From Octopus vulgaris (Eukaryota), in contig OX597824.1 of the NCBI GenBank assembly GCA_951406725.2, positions 81,716,001 through 81,780,000 of the forward strand: DNA of 64,000 nt, given 5' to 3'. Both the position numbers and the translations under genes were made by a program. The notes under the pieces are model-generated. The model made no database searches. It worked only from the letters and a program-made list of their open reading frames with translations, and was not told where the DNA came from. Positions 12,241 to 26,669 of the stretch are shown one piece after another. Within the stretch, counting starts at the first letter, position 1. Each line of letters starts with the position of its first letter.

Positions 12241-13434
12241 GGCATCAGATTTCGTCTAGACGCTCGACTGACGATTATAAGTCACTGACAAGGCAGAAAC
12301 AAACCGAAACATGTCAGATGCTCTCGTGAGTCACTGCTGAGACGATGTTCATCTCGCTCCGATATATATATTGTATTTTTAACACGTCTATGAAAGCAAT
12401 TTCTCACAGATAAAACTGACAGCGTCATGCCCGTCAGTGGTGTATATATGTTACATGTGGTATATAGATGACTACAATATATTTTATCCAACATCTTACG
12501 ATTCTGTCAATTCATTGATTACACTAGTAATAATTTTATCTCTGTTTTAAAAAATGGTGGATTTCAGCCGTCGTATGGCTTCAGTTGAGAAGATAAAGAA
12601 ATTTATACTAATTACAGTGTACATAAAAAGAATTTCTAGCAAAAACTTAAGTCCATAATCTTTAACGGAATAATTTAATTAAATAAACCCCAGGATATTT
12701 TTTTATCGCTTACTCAGCGGAGAAAGAACAGCCAGGGACCATGACGTTTCCCAAGGCCTCCAAAATTGGGACAAGGAAAGACGAATGATATCCATAAACA
12801 GGAAACAGTGACCTAAATGCTTACAACAGAGTGAAAATTACCAACGACACACTCAGGGATACATAATGGTGTGGAACCGGAAGACGAATAGATACACTTG
12901 TTACCAGTTCGAATACGCTTGGGAAATACATTCGAAAGCGTTACGTAAGTTATTCACTGCATTTTCTGATGTAGAAACATTTTCGCTCTGGATAAAATGG
13001 TGTAAACACGCCAAGTTAACCTGGAGCACCGGCTACCCAAATCACTGGACGCATTCATTTCGGAGTAATTTTACGCTCTTCAGCATCGAGTACGGGATAG
13101 AGAGACGCTCCAAACTGACGACGAGAAGCCAAGTCTTTCTTATCATATTGAAGTCAACGTACTGTAAGAAGCTGGGCTAATCGGTGGCCTGGCCGCAGTA
13201 AAATGCAGCCAAATGCAGCGGATGGGGTTCTTACGGTTTCGAATAAGTTTCAAGTATATTGGAACTGGTAATAAGGTTATATCGGTACTCATCACCGTTG
13301 AGTACTTTTAAGCCGCATTGAGCTAAATTTAATATCACTGATCAAGAATGGCTTTCCAACTCTACCACAGAATTTTGGTCTACAAAATTTCATTCAAGGA
13401 ATTGATCTTTACCATATACGTGTGTGTATATGGA

Positions 13435-13509
<75 letters not shown>

Positions 13510-13619
13510 ATGTATATATATATATATTCTTACGGAGATGTACTTGCATAGCAAGTGACCTGATCTGAGATCGAATGAATATATATATATATATATATAT
13601 GACTATATGCATTCTTTTA

Positions 13620-13915
13620 TTCATTTACTTTGTTTCAGTCATGTGACTGTGGCCATGATGGAGCACTCTCGTAAATGGTTTTAGCCGAAGAAATCGACCT
13701 CAGATCTTATTTTAAGTAAACCTAGTACTTATTCTACCGGTCTCTTTTTCGGAATCGCTAAGTCACGGGAACATAAACACACCACCATCGGTTATCAAGC
13801 TATGGCGGGGTGACAAACAGACACACACACACACACACATACACACATAAATATACATAAAACATATATATACAATGGGCTTTTCCAGATTCCGTCTGCC
13901 AAAACGACACACAAA
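13620..13915 (-). mobile_element. SINE family C, 5'-truncated
   Basis: Tail ttgtttcagtcatgtgactgtggccatgatggagcac and internal (CA)n. Homologous to 24920-25325. Confidence 0.8.
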
Positions 13916-14334
13916 GCTGCGTATGTATGTGCGTATGTATGCATGTATGTATGTATGCATACATGTATGTATATATGTATGTTTATAGGTATGCATGTAT
14001 GCATGTATCTATGCAGTGTGTATGTAGGTATTCTGCAATATGTATGTATGCAGTACGTATATATGTGTGTATTCAGTATGTATGCATGTGTGCAGTATAT
14101 ATGTATGCAGTACGTATGCATGCATGTATGTAGTATGTATGTATCGAATATGTATGATGTATGTATGCAGTATGTATGCAGTATGTATGCAGTATGTATG
14201 TATGCATGCAGTAGGTTTGTATGCATGTATATATGTATGCTGTATTTATGTATGTAGTATGTGTATATGCAGTATGTATATATCGAATATGTATCTATGC
14301 AGTAGGTATGTATGCGTGTATGCAGTATGTCTGC

Positions 14335-14562
14335 GGAGAGCTGGCAGAAACGTTAGCACGCAGGGCGAAATGCTTAGCGGTATTTCGCTTGTCGTTACGT
14401 TGTGAGTTCAAATTCCGCCGAGGTTGACTTTGCCTTTCATCCTTTCGGGGTCGATAAATTAAGTACCAGTTACGCACTGGGGTCGATGTAATCGACTTAA
14501 TACCTATGTCTGTCCTTGTTTGTCCCCTCTATGTTTAGCCCCTTGTGGGTAATAAAGAAATA
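14335..14562 (+). mobile_element. SINE family B (B1 tail) inserted in an (ATGT/GCAGTAT)n array
   Basis: TSD agtatgtctgc at 14324-14334 and 14563-14573. Tail ends tgtgggtaataaagaaata. Confidence 0.9.
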
Positions 14563-15019
14563 AGTATGTCTGCAGTATGTATGCATGTATACATGTATGC
14601 AATATGCATGCATGTATGTATGTATGCAGTATGCATGTATGTTGTATGTATGTAATACTTAAATGGCACTGATCTCATGGAGCCCTGGGAATCTTTTGAT
14701 GGCCCAGTGTACAGCGACAAATCTAGGACTAAAATTGTAAAGGGAAGTAACTGCAAAGATATTTGTCCGGCAATCTATCCACATTCATTGTCCGCCGTGC
14801 TCATTTATTGTAATCATTTCTAACATTGTCACATTGCGAAAGGTTTACAATTACTTACAAGACCCGAGTATATCACTGGGATCTCTTACTTTATCAAATG
14901 CGTAAAAGTGAATGGTGAGAAATGGACAAACTTTGAACTCGAAATATCTGAATTCTGCGAAACATGTCCATTGCTTCACCGACTCTGTCACTCAGCTTTG
15001 CACCCTCAAATGATGACGA

Positions 15020-15217
15020 CAATAGCTGCTGCTGCTGCTGCTCCTTATCCTTCTACTCACCCTTCTCTTTCTTCCCTTTTTCCCCTTCCTCTTCCACCTC
15101 CGCTTCTTACTCCCCTTCTTTCTCCTCTTTTTCTTCGTCTTTCTCTCCCTTCCCCTATCAGCTCTTTCTTTTCCCCCTCCAATTCCCTATCCCCTCCTCC
15201 TCCTCCTTTTACTACTG

Positions 15218-15262
<45 letters not shown>

Positions 15263-15310
15263 AACCTAGCACTGCCGCTGCCGCTACTACTACTACTACA
15301 ACTACTACTG

Positions 15311-15355
<45 letters not shown>

Positions 15356-15376
15356 AACCTAGCACTGCCGCTGCCG

Positions 15377-15431
<55 letters not shown>

Positions 15432-15903
15432 AACTACTATTACCACTACTGCTACTGCTGCTGCTGCTACTACTATTACTGCTACTGCTACCGCTACTAC
15501 TACTACTACAACTACTACTGCTACTACTACTACTACCGCTACTACTACTGCTGCTGCTTATACCACTGGCTGCTACTGCAAATTGCTGCCATTTGTGCTG
15601 CTGCAACTACTGCTGCTGCTGCTGCTAGTACTACTGCTTCTGCCGCTGCAGCCTTTACCACTGCTGCTGATACTGTTACTATTACTACTACTACTACTAC
15701 TACTACCGCAACTACTCCCACCGCTACTAACTCTGCTACTGCGAATACTGCTGCATCGTCTGCTGTTCTTGCTCTACTACTGCTGCTCCTGAAGCGGCTG
15801 CCTTGTATTCTACTACTACTACTGCTCTAAGGTACCACCGCTGCTGCTACTACTTTTACTACAAGTACTACTGTTGAAGCTGCCATTCATACCACTCCTC
15901 CTC

Positions 15904-15938
<35 letters not shown>

Positions 15939-16068
15939 GCTGCTGCTTCTGCTATTGCTGTTGTTGTTGCTGCTGTTGTTACTGCTAATAACATTTGTTA
16001 GTACAGGGACTGCTGTTTTAGCAGCTTCCAACTGCTTTGGCAGCAAATTTTTCACCGCCTCCATTCAT

Positions 16069-16130
<62 letters not shown>

Positions 16131-16248
16131 GTGCTGCTACTACTGCTAATACTACTTCTGCCAGTACTAAAGCTATTACTACTGCTGCTGCAGCTGCCAC
16201 TACTACTACTACTACTACTTCTGCCACTGCTGCTGCTACTACTACTAC

Positions 16249-16280
<32 letters not shown>

Positions 16281-16351
16281 ATACTTCTGCCACTGATGCT
16301 GCTACTACTAATACTACTTCTACTTCTACTTGTACTACTACTACTACTACA

Positions 16352-16399
<48 letters not shown>

Positions 16400-17225
16400 G
16401 CTGCTGCTGCGGCTGCTGCTGCTGTGGCTGCTGCTGCTGCTGCTGCTGCTGCTACTTCTATATTATTGCCAGAATTACTATTTTTTCCTCCATCAAATTC
16501 GTCATCGTCATCGACATTGTCATCGTCAGCATCATCGTTGTCATTGTCATCGTCATCTTCATCTTCATTCATCGTCATCGTTTTCCTCTTCATCATTTGA
16601 AGATCGTCACCATCATCATCATCATTGTCATCATCATCGTCGCCATACTCACCATCACCACCATCACCATCGTCATCATCATTACCATCATTATCATTGT
16701 CATCATCTTCATTATCGTTACCGCCCGCTGCCATTATGAACATCATCATCATCATCATCGAAACTACCGTCGTCATTGGTATCATTCATGTTAACACCAC
16801 CATCACCATCACTGCCACTACCACTACTACTACTACTACTAATACTAATACTACTACTACTACAACTACTTTTTCTCCACACCACTACCATTATCATCTG
16901 CTACTTTCGCCGCCACTAACACTACCACCACTTTCGCCACCACCTCATTGTCACCACACTACCACCACCACCACCACCACTACTACTGCTAATAATACTA
17001 CTACTACTTCTACAACTACTTCTTCTCCACCACCACAATCAACACCACCACCGCCACCACCACCATCACCACTACCATTACCATCTGCTACTTTCGCCGC
17101 CACTAACTCCACTCACCCCACACCCACTACTTTCGCCACCACCCCATTGTCACCACTACCACCACCACCACCACCACCACCGCCATCACAACCATTACCA
17201 CCCATCCCGAATACTAACTAATAAT
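15020..17225. repeat. Large compound trinucleotide field (ACT, GCT, ATC, ACC)
   Basis: Read directly; includes a duplicated taaacctagcactgccgctgccgct block at about 15261 and 15354. Confidence 0.95.
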
Positions 17226-17609
17226 AACTAAACCTCTACATTAAATTAGGTAATCCAATATATTAATTCTGTTTGTTGTTATTCTTGTGGTTGTTGCTGC
17301 ACTTGCCGTTCGTAATTGCTGTTTTTGTTGCTTTTTTAACACCAGACCTAACCTGACGAAGCATTTCTGTTTTCAAAAACATTCCATTTTTTTTTTATGT
17401 CCACGAAACCCCAAGACCTCCATGATTATTGGAGCTCTTTATCCTTTCCGTTTTTTCCTTTTAAAAAAAAAAAAACCGAACGTGCGACTTGAGGGATATT
17501 TGGCTGTTTTGTTTTCTCCTCTGGTAGCTTGACCTCACTCAGAAGCCTTCAAAGGTTTTTTTTATTCTTCTTTTTTGCTATTGTTCTTGTGGTTATTCTG
17601 GGGGTTCTT

Positions 17610-18112
17610 AAAAGCGGTGAGCTTCTCTGAATCGCTAGCGGTATTTCGTCAGCCGTTACGTTCAGAGTTCAAATTCCGCCAAGGTCGACTTTGCTTGTCA
17701 TCCTTTCTGGATCGATAAAATAAGCACCAGTTGAGCATTGGGGTAGATATAACACATTACACCCATACCCAAAAATTTCAGGCCTTGTGCATATAGTAAA
17801 AAAGATTATTATTATATATATTGTCGTTCTTCTTCTTGTCATTGCGAAGGTTATTTCATGTTAATGTTTTTAATGAAGTCAATCAATGATAAATAATCAT
17901 TTCTACTCAAGGCTCAAGGCCTGAAATTTGGTGGGATGGGGTCCAGTCGATTAGATTCACCCTAGTACGCAACTGGTACTTAATTTATCGACACCCGAAA
18001 GGAGGAAAAGGAAAGTCGACCTCGACACAATTTGAACTCAGAACATAACGGCTGACGAAATACTGCTAAGCATTTCGCCCGGCCTGCTAACGATTCAACT
18101 ACATCGCGGCCT
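17610..18112. mobile_element. Tail-to-tail pair of SINE B2 copies (+ about 17610-17810; - about 17895-18112)
   Basis: B core and aaatttcaggccttgtgc tail on +, and the reverse-complement copy on -. Confidence 0.8.
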
Positions 18113-18137
18113 TAATGAATGATTATTAATAGCAAAA

Positions 18138-18449
18138 GTGGAGGCGCAATGGCTCAGTGGTTAGAGCAGCAGACTCGCGGTCGGAGGATCGCGGTTTCGA
18201 TGCCCAGACCGGGCATTGTGTGTGTTTATTGAACGAAAACAACTAAAAGCTCCATGAGGCTCGGGCAGAGGGTGGTTGTGACCCCTGTTGTACTCTTTCG
18301 CCACAATTTTTTTCTCACTCTCCCTTCCTGTGTCTTGAGTAACGCTGCGATGGATTGGCGTCCCGTCCAGCTAGTGGGAACACACCCCACAGAAACCGGG
18401 AAACCGGGCCCATGAGCCTGGTTAGGCTAGAAAAGAGGGACTTTTATCG
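18138..18449 (+). mobile_element. SINE family A, tail type A2
   Basis: Head gtggaggcgcaatggctcagtggttag, tail ctgcgatggattggcgtcccgtccag...gaaaccgggaaaccggg. TSD ttattaatag(c/t)aaaa at 18123-18137 and 18450-18464. Confidence 0.9.
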
Positions 18450-19157
18450 TTATTAATAGTAAAACGTGAATCAATACTCTGTGCCGTGTTTACTAGCCAT
18501 CTGTTATGTCCCAAGTTCAAATACAGCCAGGAGTCGCCTTGCTTTTTTTTTTCTTACCTTTTTTTTATCATTCCGTAAGACCGCTAATAAATGAATACCA
18601 GCAATTAAATCCCTACAAATTTACCACAATTTAACCAGCGACAATTCAAGGGAAATCTTAATGAGTGACGTCATATATGATGATGAGGTCGTTGCCGTTG
18701 CCTGATTCTATTGAACTTATTGTCAATGTCGTTGTTTTCGTGGGTCGCAGGTTTCGGTGCTGATGGCCACTACGACGGTGGCAGCAACAACGGGGTCATT
18801 GTTGTTCTTCTCGCAGCTGCTGTTGTTGTTGCCATTATCGCCACAAGAGGTTTTGTTTGTTGCTGTTTTTGTTTGTTGCTCATTGGTTATCAAAACATTC
18901 TTTTTTGTTTTTGTTTGTTTGTAGTGTTGTTTTCTTTTTTTACTTTCCTCCTTTTCGTTATCGTCAGTAGTGATGATCTTGATGTTGTTGCTGTTGTTGT
19001 TGTTGTTCCTGATATCGCCACTCAATTACTTAAAATTTTTTTGTGTGTGGGGGCTCTTTTTTTCGGGGGAGGGTCGGTGGTGGCAAACCTATCTCAATTG
19101 TTTCTTTCTCACATTGCTTTTCACCTTCTTCACATTATTGTCAAATCTTGATGCTCC

Positions 19158-19251
<94 letters not shown>

Positions 19252-19260
19252 ATGGCAGCT

Positions 19261-19309
<49 letters not shown>

Positions 19310-19310
19310 C

Positions 19311-19344
<34 letters not shown>

Positions 19345-19586
19345 ATGGCAGCTGCAGCAGCAGCGGCTACAGTTATTCTTGCTATTTTTGTTATCGAGAT
19401 AGCTTCTTAAAATTTTATCTAGGCCTTAAAATTTACCCAACGTTGAGAGTCATTACTCTTAGCTATTATTTTTATATTGTTGTTGTTGTTGTGTTTATGA
19501 TTATTATTGTTGTAGTTGTTATTGTTGCTATAACCATCTTGTACTTTATTTGGAAAACATGCTTTACTATTGTTGTTGTTGGTACT

Positions 19587-20305
19587 AAGCTGGTGAGGTG
19601 GCAGAATCGTTAGCACGCTGGACGAAATGCTTAGCGGTATTTCGTCTGCCACTACGTTCTGAGTTCAAATTCCGCCGAGGTCGACTTTGCCTTTCATCCT
19701 TTCGGGGTCGATAAATTAAGTACCAGTTAGGCATTGGGGTCGATGTAATCGACTTAATACCTATGTCTGTCCTTGTTTGTCCCCTCTGTGTTTAGCCCCT
19801 TGTGGGTAATAAGCAAATAGGTAATTTAAACCTGTCGCTAAGTTCTGAGTTCAAATGCTGCCGTGGTCGACTTTGTCTTTCATCCTTTCGTGGTCGATAA
19901 ATTATTTAATTACCAGTGAAACCCTGAGGTCGATGTAATCAACAAGACCCCACTCCCCACCACTTTCAATGCTTAGCAGAATTCCGTCCGTCTTTACGTT
20001 CTGAGTTCAAATTCTACCGAGGTCGATTTTGCTTTTCATCCTTTCGGGGTCGATATATTAAGTACCAGTGAAACCCTGAGGTCGTCAAGGTAATCGACTA
20101 GAACCCTACTCCCCACCAATTTTAAATGCTTAGCAGCATTTCGCCCGTCCTTACGTTCTGAGTTCAAATTCCACCAAGGTCGACTTTGGCCTTTTTATCT
20201 TTACGGTGGTCGTTAAAATTCAGTACCAGTTGCGTACTGGGGTCGATATAATCGGCTTACCCTCTCCCCACAAAATTTCAGGCCTCGCACCTTTAGTATA
20301 CAGGA
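19587..20305 (+). mobile_element. SINE B tandem array (one headed B1 plus three 5'-truncated units)
   Basis: Four ttctgagttcaaat...ggtcgaYttt cores in direct orientation; the last unit carries the B2 tail. Confidence 0.85.
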
Positions 20306-20309
20306 TTAG

Positions 20310-20340
<31 letters not shown>

Positions 20341-20664
20341 GCTGCTGCTATTGTTCTTGTTGTTGTTGTTGTTGTTGTTGTTGCCTGTTATTGTTGTTGT
20401 TGTTGTTGTTGTGATTGATGTTCATGTTTGTGTCGTGCTTGCACTTCAGCTGAGCTCCAACTCCTACTACTGGCGTTGTTGTTGTTGTTGTTGTTGTTGT
20501 TATTTTTAAATTGGGATTTACTGTAAACAATGATTAATTACGAAACCTTCCCTATTACATGCCTGTAATGAAGAAATACACACTCACACACACACTCCCA
20601 CCACACCAACACCCAAACACCCAAACACCCAAACATGCGCGCGCCTATACGTACATCTATACAT

Positions 20665-20684
20665 ATAATTTTATACATACATAT

Positions 20685-20773
<89 letters not shown>

Positions 20774-20979
20774 CATATATATACAAGCATTTGTTATGTG
20801 TGTATGTTTGTGAGTGGGTTTTTGTTAAGCACATTTTGATTTTTTGTTTACCTGGTTTCATATACATACAGGCATATAAACACGTTATCTTACACATGCG
20901 CCCTTGCAGACTCACAAGGGTACACACATAGTCACGATATGTATGTGTATACATACATATATTTATATATATACATTTA

Positions 20980-21063
<84 letters not shown>

Positions 21064-21082
21064 GTATATATATATAAATATG

Positions 21083-21113
<31 letters not shown>

Positions 21114-21135
21114 GTACATACACACACATACACAC

Positions 21136-21219
<84 letters not shown>

Positions 21220-21225
21220 TATGCA
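20665..21225. repeat. (AT)n-dominated microsatellite cluster
   Basis: Read directly from the sequence. Confidence 0.95.
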
Positions 21226-21244
21226 TATTTATACCCGAATCTTG

Positions 21245-21365
21245 CAGGCCATTGGTCGATTTCTAGGTTAGGTGCGATGCGATTGGATAATAAGTCGTAG
21301 TTTCATTTGCTATAAAGTATGAAGAAAAAGATAAAGAAAAGGAGCGTATATAAAACATGCAATGG
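21245..21365. promoter_or_regulatory. Candidate double CCAAT-box module followed by TATA-like motifs
   Basis: ATTGG at 21251 and 21282 (31 bp apart). The 22 nt from the first ATTGG match the copy at 48506 at 17 positions. TATA-like tataaa at about 21311 and 21348. Confidence 0.4.
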
Positions 21366-22119
21366 GCACGCACTATCTCACTTTTTTCTTTCTCTTTTTT
21401 TTTTATTTATACACTGGATTGAATTTGATTGGACAAGATGTGAATAAATTTCAATTGGAAACCAAGTTCTTATTCACACCTGCACTCTTTCCCATCACGT
21501 GAAGCCCCACGTCACACCATTGCGCCAACCTCATCATCAACAGTCAAGCTGACACCGCTTCGTCATTTCTCTGGGGTCTTTGACCGCTGAATGCTTCTTC
21601 GACTCATTATTCCGATCATGGAATTGTTTTTCATATAAGACAACGCATTCAATTGATCGAATAGTTATGGTAAATATTATTAAATGTTAACAATAATAAT
21701 GATTTGGTGTATTCGCCAGCGGGAAGGAATACGTTAGAAATAATATAAGGTGGACGAAATTCATAAACAATGGTGAGTGAAGAGAGAGGGCATTGACTCG
21801 GAGTAAAAAGGGTGAAGTGAAGTATAATAATACATAACCATTAAAGAGACGCAATAATCCTTTCTACTGAAGGAACAAAGCCTGGAATTTGGGGCAGGGG
21901 TAGAATTGATTGCATCAACCCAAGTCCTCAACTGGTACTTATTTTATCGACGCTCAATGGATGAAGGGCAAAGTCGACCTCGGCGGAATTTGAACTCGGA
22001 AAGTGTAGACGGATTGAGTTCAGATTCCACCGAAGCCGAATTTGTCTTTCACCCTTTCAAGGTTGATGAAAAGAGACACAATAATAATTTTTAATAAGGA
22101 GAGTTTACGAAAAAAAAAA

Positions 22120-22298
22120 ACCAAAGATGAAGACAGGTGGTGTACAAAACAAACAGATGTATTAGTATAACGCTCAGGAATAGAAAAAGTCTTTTACGTT
22201 TCGAGCCTACGGTCTTCTACAGAAAGGGACACAGACAACAAGGAGAGAAACAAGGAGAGAAAAAACGTGTGTAGTGGCTAACGATCTATCATGGCGTC
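22120..22298 (-). mobile_element. Penelope-like terminal repeat fragment containing a hammerhead-like motif
   Basis: Minus strand reads ctttctgtagaagaccgtaggctcgaaacgtaaaag...cctgagcgt. Related to 59479-59560 and 43037-43109. Confidence 0.5.
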
Positions 22299-22432
22299 TT
22301 TTATTTCTATTAGCACAAGGCCTGAAATTTTCGGTGGAGGGGGAGAGGTTAGTCGATTAAGTACTTCACTGGTACTTATTTTATCGACCGCGACACGATG
22401 TAACGCAAAATGGAGGTCGACGATAATTCTAA

Positions 22433-22628
22433 CTGTGCCCCAACTGCAAGGTCATGCGCTGTTTATCTTGATATGAGACCGTCATGTCGTGCACATATGG
22501 TTGTGATGCATGTGCCTGGTGAACCCTTATCAGACGGGTGGTCATGATGGGCATACTGGGCATTGTATATTTTATCCCAGTGTCACTTTGATGGCATGCA
22601 CTGCTCTCTCACTCAATAATAATAATAA
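22433..22628 (+). mobile_element. Probable non-LTR element 3' UTR ending in (AAT)n
   Basis: Complex sequence ending gcatgcactgctctctcactc+aataataataat, lying between SINE B remnants. Family not determined. Confidence 0.35.
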
Positions 22629-22853
22629 TGATCCTTTCTACGATAGACACAGGGCGTGAAATTTTGGGGGACGAGGCTAGTCGATTACATTGACCCCAGT
22701 GTTTAACTGGTATTTATTTTATCAACTTAAAAAGGATTGAAAGGCAAACTCGACGTCGGCGGAATTTGAACTCAGAACGACAAGTAGGATGAAATGCCGC
22801 TTAGTATTTTGCCCGGTGTGTTAATGATTCTGCCAGTTCGCCGCCTTAATGAT

Positions 22854-23245
22854 AGTGGAAAGGAAGCACTCCGTCGGTTACGACGACGAGGGTTCCGGTT
22901 GATCCGAATCAACGGAACAGCCTGCTCGTGAAATTAACGTGTAAGTGGCTGAGCACTCCACAGACACGTGTACCCTTAACGTAGTTCTCGAGGATATTCA
23001 GCGTGACACAGAGAGTGACAAGGCCGGCCCTTTGAAATACAGGTACAACAGAAACAGGAAGTAAGAGTGAGAGAAAGCTGTGGTGAAAGAGTACAGCAGG
23101 GATCACCACCATCCCCTGCCGGAGCCTCGTGGAGCTTTAGGTGTTTTCGCTCAATAAACACTCACAACGCCCGGTCTGGGAATCGAAACCGCAATCCTAT
23201 GACCGCGAGTCCGCTGCCCTAACCACTGGGCCATTGCGCCTCCAC
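22854..23245 (-). mobile_element. SINE family A, tail type A1, full length
   Basis: Near-identical to 27175-27569, 28175-28576 and 29580-29956. TSD cttaatgat at 22845-22853 and 23246-23254. Confidence 0.92.
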
Positions 23246-23544
23246 CTTAATGATTGTAATAATAATAAGAAGAAGAACAGCAGCAGTGACAACAACAACT
23301 CCAAGGGATTAGAAACGGATCAAGAACAGCGCAGGACCGCACAATACTATATAAGACACGCGGTGACATGTATACAGGAAAAAATAACAAAAATTAAAAC
23401 CACAAAAATTGAAACAATAAACACTCTCCAAATTTAGGGAGACTTCCGAGGGCTGCTCTTAGAAATCCAACATACTCCCCGGTAACTCTGACCGCTAGGG
23501 CAAGTGTTCTTGTCTCATTCTTGTCGCTCAGACTGCGGGCACAA

Positions 23545-24127
23545 TACTACGAAATATTGCGTAGTACTGAGTACTTGAGGGGTATTTTATTGCATCGACA
23601 CCGAATCAATGAAACGTAAAGTTGACATCGGCGGCATGTGAACTTAGGACGTAGAGACGGTCGAAATGCCTCCAAGAATTTGGTCTGGCTTGGTAACGAT
23701 TCTACCTGGTCACCGCATACAATAATAGACCTTTCTACTATAAGCAAAAGACCTGAAATTAGGAGGATGGAAATAGTCGACCATATCGACCTCAGTACTC
23801 AACTGGTACTTATTTTATCGAAAGGCGGCGAGCTGGCAGAATCGTTAGCACGCCGGGCGAAATGCGTAGCCGTATTTCGTCTGCCGTTACGTTCTGAGTC
23901 CAAATTCTGTCGAGGTCGACTTTGCCTTTCATCCTTTCGGGGTCGATAAATTAAGTACCAGTTACTCACTGGGGTCGATCTAATCGACTTAATCCGTTTG
24001 TTTGTCCTTGTTTGTCCTCTCTGTGTTTAGCCCCTTCCGACCGCGGAAGGATGATGGATGGACGCAGCTGAAATGCCTCTAAGTATTTTGTCTGGCGCAG
24101 TAACAATTCTATCATGTCGCCACCTAC

Positions 24128-24168
<41 letters not shown>

Positions 24169-24178
24169 TAATAATAAC

Positions 24179-24227
<49 letters not shown>

Positions 24228-24435
24228 GTTTCAAATTTTCCCACAAGGGTAGCAACTTTAGGGGAGGGGATGTGTCAATTACATCGACCCTAGTGTTCAA
24301 CTGGCACTTATTTTATCGACCTCTGAAGGATGAAAGACAAAGTCAACCTCGGCGGAATTTGAACTCAGAACGAAGCGACAGACGAAATTCTGCTAAGCAT
24401 TTCACTCAGCGTGCTAACGATTCCGGCTGCTCATC
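23545..24435. mobile_element. Cluster of SINE B copies and fragments in both orientations (including B1 on + at 23821-24035) around an (AAT)n tract
   Basis: Repeated B heads and cores; (AAT)n at 24128-24225. Confidence 0.8.
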
Positions 24436-24919
24436 GCTTTTGTGTTATTTAGTATACATAAATCACAGTATGTTTGTGCGTGTACATTGATTAACGCAGA
24501 CATTTCAACAATTCTCAACTGATTCTCACCAAACTTTACACCCGTTACTTATGTCCTAAGGATGGTCATACATTTTAACATTTTGCCCAGAGCTCCTGCG
24601 TAAATTGACAAACCTGGAAAAATGGAGTTTTTCTCTAATTCGTTGTATGTACATGGTTTTTCTTTGTAAGTAGGGCCTTCTACAGTTTTTTACTCTACAT
24701 GGTTGTATATTGGCATTAAAGAATATTTTTAGGGGTTTTCACATACTTTAAATTCTTTATTTATTTATATGTTGTAATTGTGTATTATTACTTTTTATAT
24801 TTTTTATATGTGTATTGATGTTTATTCTTTGAGTGTTTTAGTTAGAGAATATTATAAAAGTGAAAGAATTTTATCTATTTATTTATTTCGACTGTTCTCC
24901 ATACTTTTAAAATCTATAT

Positions 24920-25325
24920 TACTCTCTTTTACTCTTTTACTTGTTTCAGTCATTTGACTGCGGCCATGCTGGAGCACCGCTTTTAGTCGAGCAAATCGAC
25001 CCCGGGACTTATTCTTTGTAAGCCCAGTACTTATTCTATCGGTCTCTTTTTTGCTGAACCGCTAAGTGACGGGGACGTAAACACACCAGCATCGGTTGTC
25101 AAGCAATGCTAGGGGGACAAACACAGACACACACACACACATACATATATATATATACATACGACAGGCTTCTTTCAGTTTCCGTCTACCAGATCCACTC
25201 ACAAGGCATTGGTCGGCCCGAGGCTATAGCAGAAGACACTTGCCCAAGATGCCACGCAGTGGGACTGAACCCGGAACCATGTGGTTGGTTAGCAAGCTAC
25301 TTACCACACAGCCACTCCTGCGCCT
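24920..25325 (-). mobile_element. SINE family C, full length
   Basis: Head aggcgcaggagtggctgtgtggtaag...gggttcagtccc, CORE-like cttgggcaagtgtcttct, internal (TA)/(TG)n, tail gcggtgctccagcatggccgcagtcaaatgactgaaacaag plus GTAAAAGA repeats. Confidence 0.88.
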
Positions 25326-26669
25326 ATTTTGTCTATTTATTTATTTCGACTGTCCACCTGCGACGGTGATTAAATTTACTAGGAGTACCAGTCTGAATCT
25401 CGATATTTAAACTGCATTAAACTGTGGCAAGCTTAACTTTACCTATTCTGATATACTAGAAAGGTGATGTTCCCTTCCCTCTTCTGTTCGTTGATACCTC
25501 TGTTTACCTTAGATACCGTTGTTTCACTTTAAGGATGCTTATTTCCCATCCATTATGATAATTCGATTGCTGTCCATTATTACAAATAATTTTTAGCATT
25601 GTCGTCTAGCCTTTGTTAAACAATCACATATGAGTTGTCCCAAAGAATCAACCTTTAAAAAATAGTTTTGCTTCCACTACCGAAAGCTATACGTATCTTT
25701 CAGAAAGATCCATACCAATATAACTTTATGAGGAATTCGATGTCAGTTTATGCGCAGGCTATATTAGCTTATAATAAAATCGATAATCACTTGGTACATT
25801 AAAACGTATTTTTCTTTTACAGATAATACAAGCAAGTCAACTAAAAAGAGAGCAAGCATTGACAGAAAGTCTTCTGCAGTGGCAAGGCAGCAGCGCTGGT
25901 AGGCTGAAGAAACTGAGGACCAGAGGTTTTGTAGACTGTTGAAAAGAGCTGCCGCTGCTAGAGCTTCTGCTACTCCTGAGCAGCGTGAAACCTATCGAGT
26001 GTGTGCTGCTGCCGCAAGGGCAAGAGAAACCCCACAAAAGTGTGTTATCTGTCAGACACGCAACGCTGCATCCACTTCTGCTATGAGGGCCGAAGAAGCC
26101 CCAGAAGAGAGTGCTATCTGTCAGGCATGCAACGCTGCATCCACTCCTGCTGCGAGGTTGGCAGATAACGATAACCATCGGATGATGAGACTTCAGTCTA
26201 ATTTTCACCGGAAGGCTCTTGTCCATGGCTATTGGAAGTCATCGAATAGTCGATGGGCATCAGAGGCGCTCAACTATGATCCTACTGAGAATTACGCCAC
26301 TCATCGAAAGATTGTTAGAGGGGATATATCTGTAATATGTCCATTTTGCAAGGCCCACAAGTGGGTTGGAGAATCCAGTGGTCTATGCTACTCAAACGGA
26401 AAGGTCGCTTGCCTGACCTGCAAAACACTCCTCAGCCTTTTCTCTCTTTACTCGTTGGTCAACACCCTGATTCGCAGCACTTTATATAGAAATTCCACGC
26501 TTATAACTCTGCCTTACAGATGACAAGTTTCCGTAACAAACCTATTCGTGAAGACTCCTATACGCCAACGTTCAAAATTCAGGGTCAAACCTATCATCGG
26601 ATAGGATCTATTATTCCTGTCAACAATGCTGACCACCAATTCGTTCAAATTAACTTCATGGGAGATACC

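Noticed and set aside
18138-18212. tRNA-like sequences at SINE heads
   Set aside because: They have A and B boxes but no complete cloverleaf, and they continue into SINE bodies bounded by TSDs.
22909-23437. Recurrent ORFs MVVIPAVLFHH... and MFSLNKHSQRP... that look like a gene family
   Set aside because: They are incidental frames in near-identical SINE A1 copies.
24868-25353. 28-bp direct repeat around SINE C as a TSD
   Set aside because: The left copy is separated from the SINE tail by about 24 bp, so it is more likely an internal repeat of the host element.
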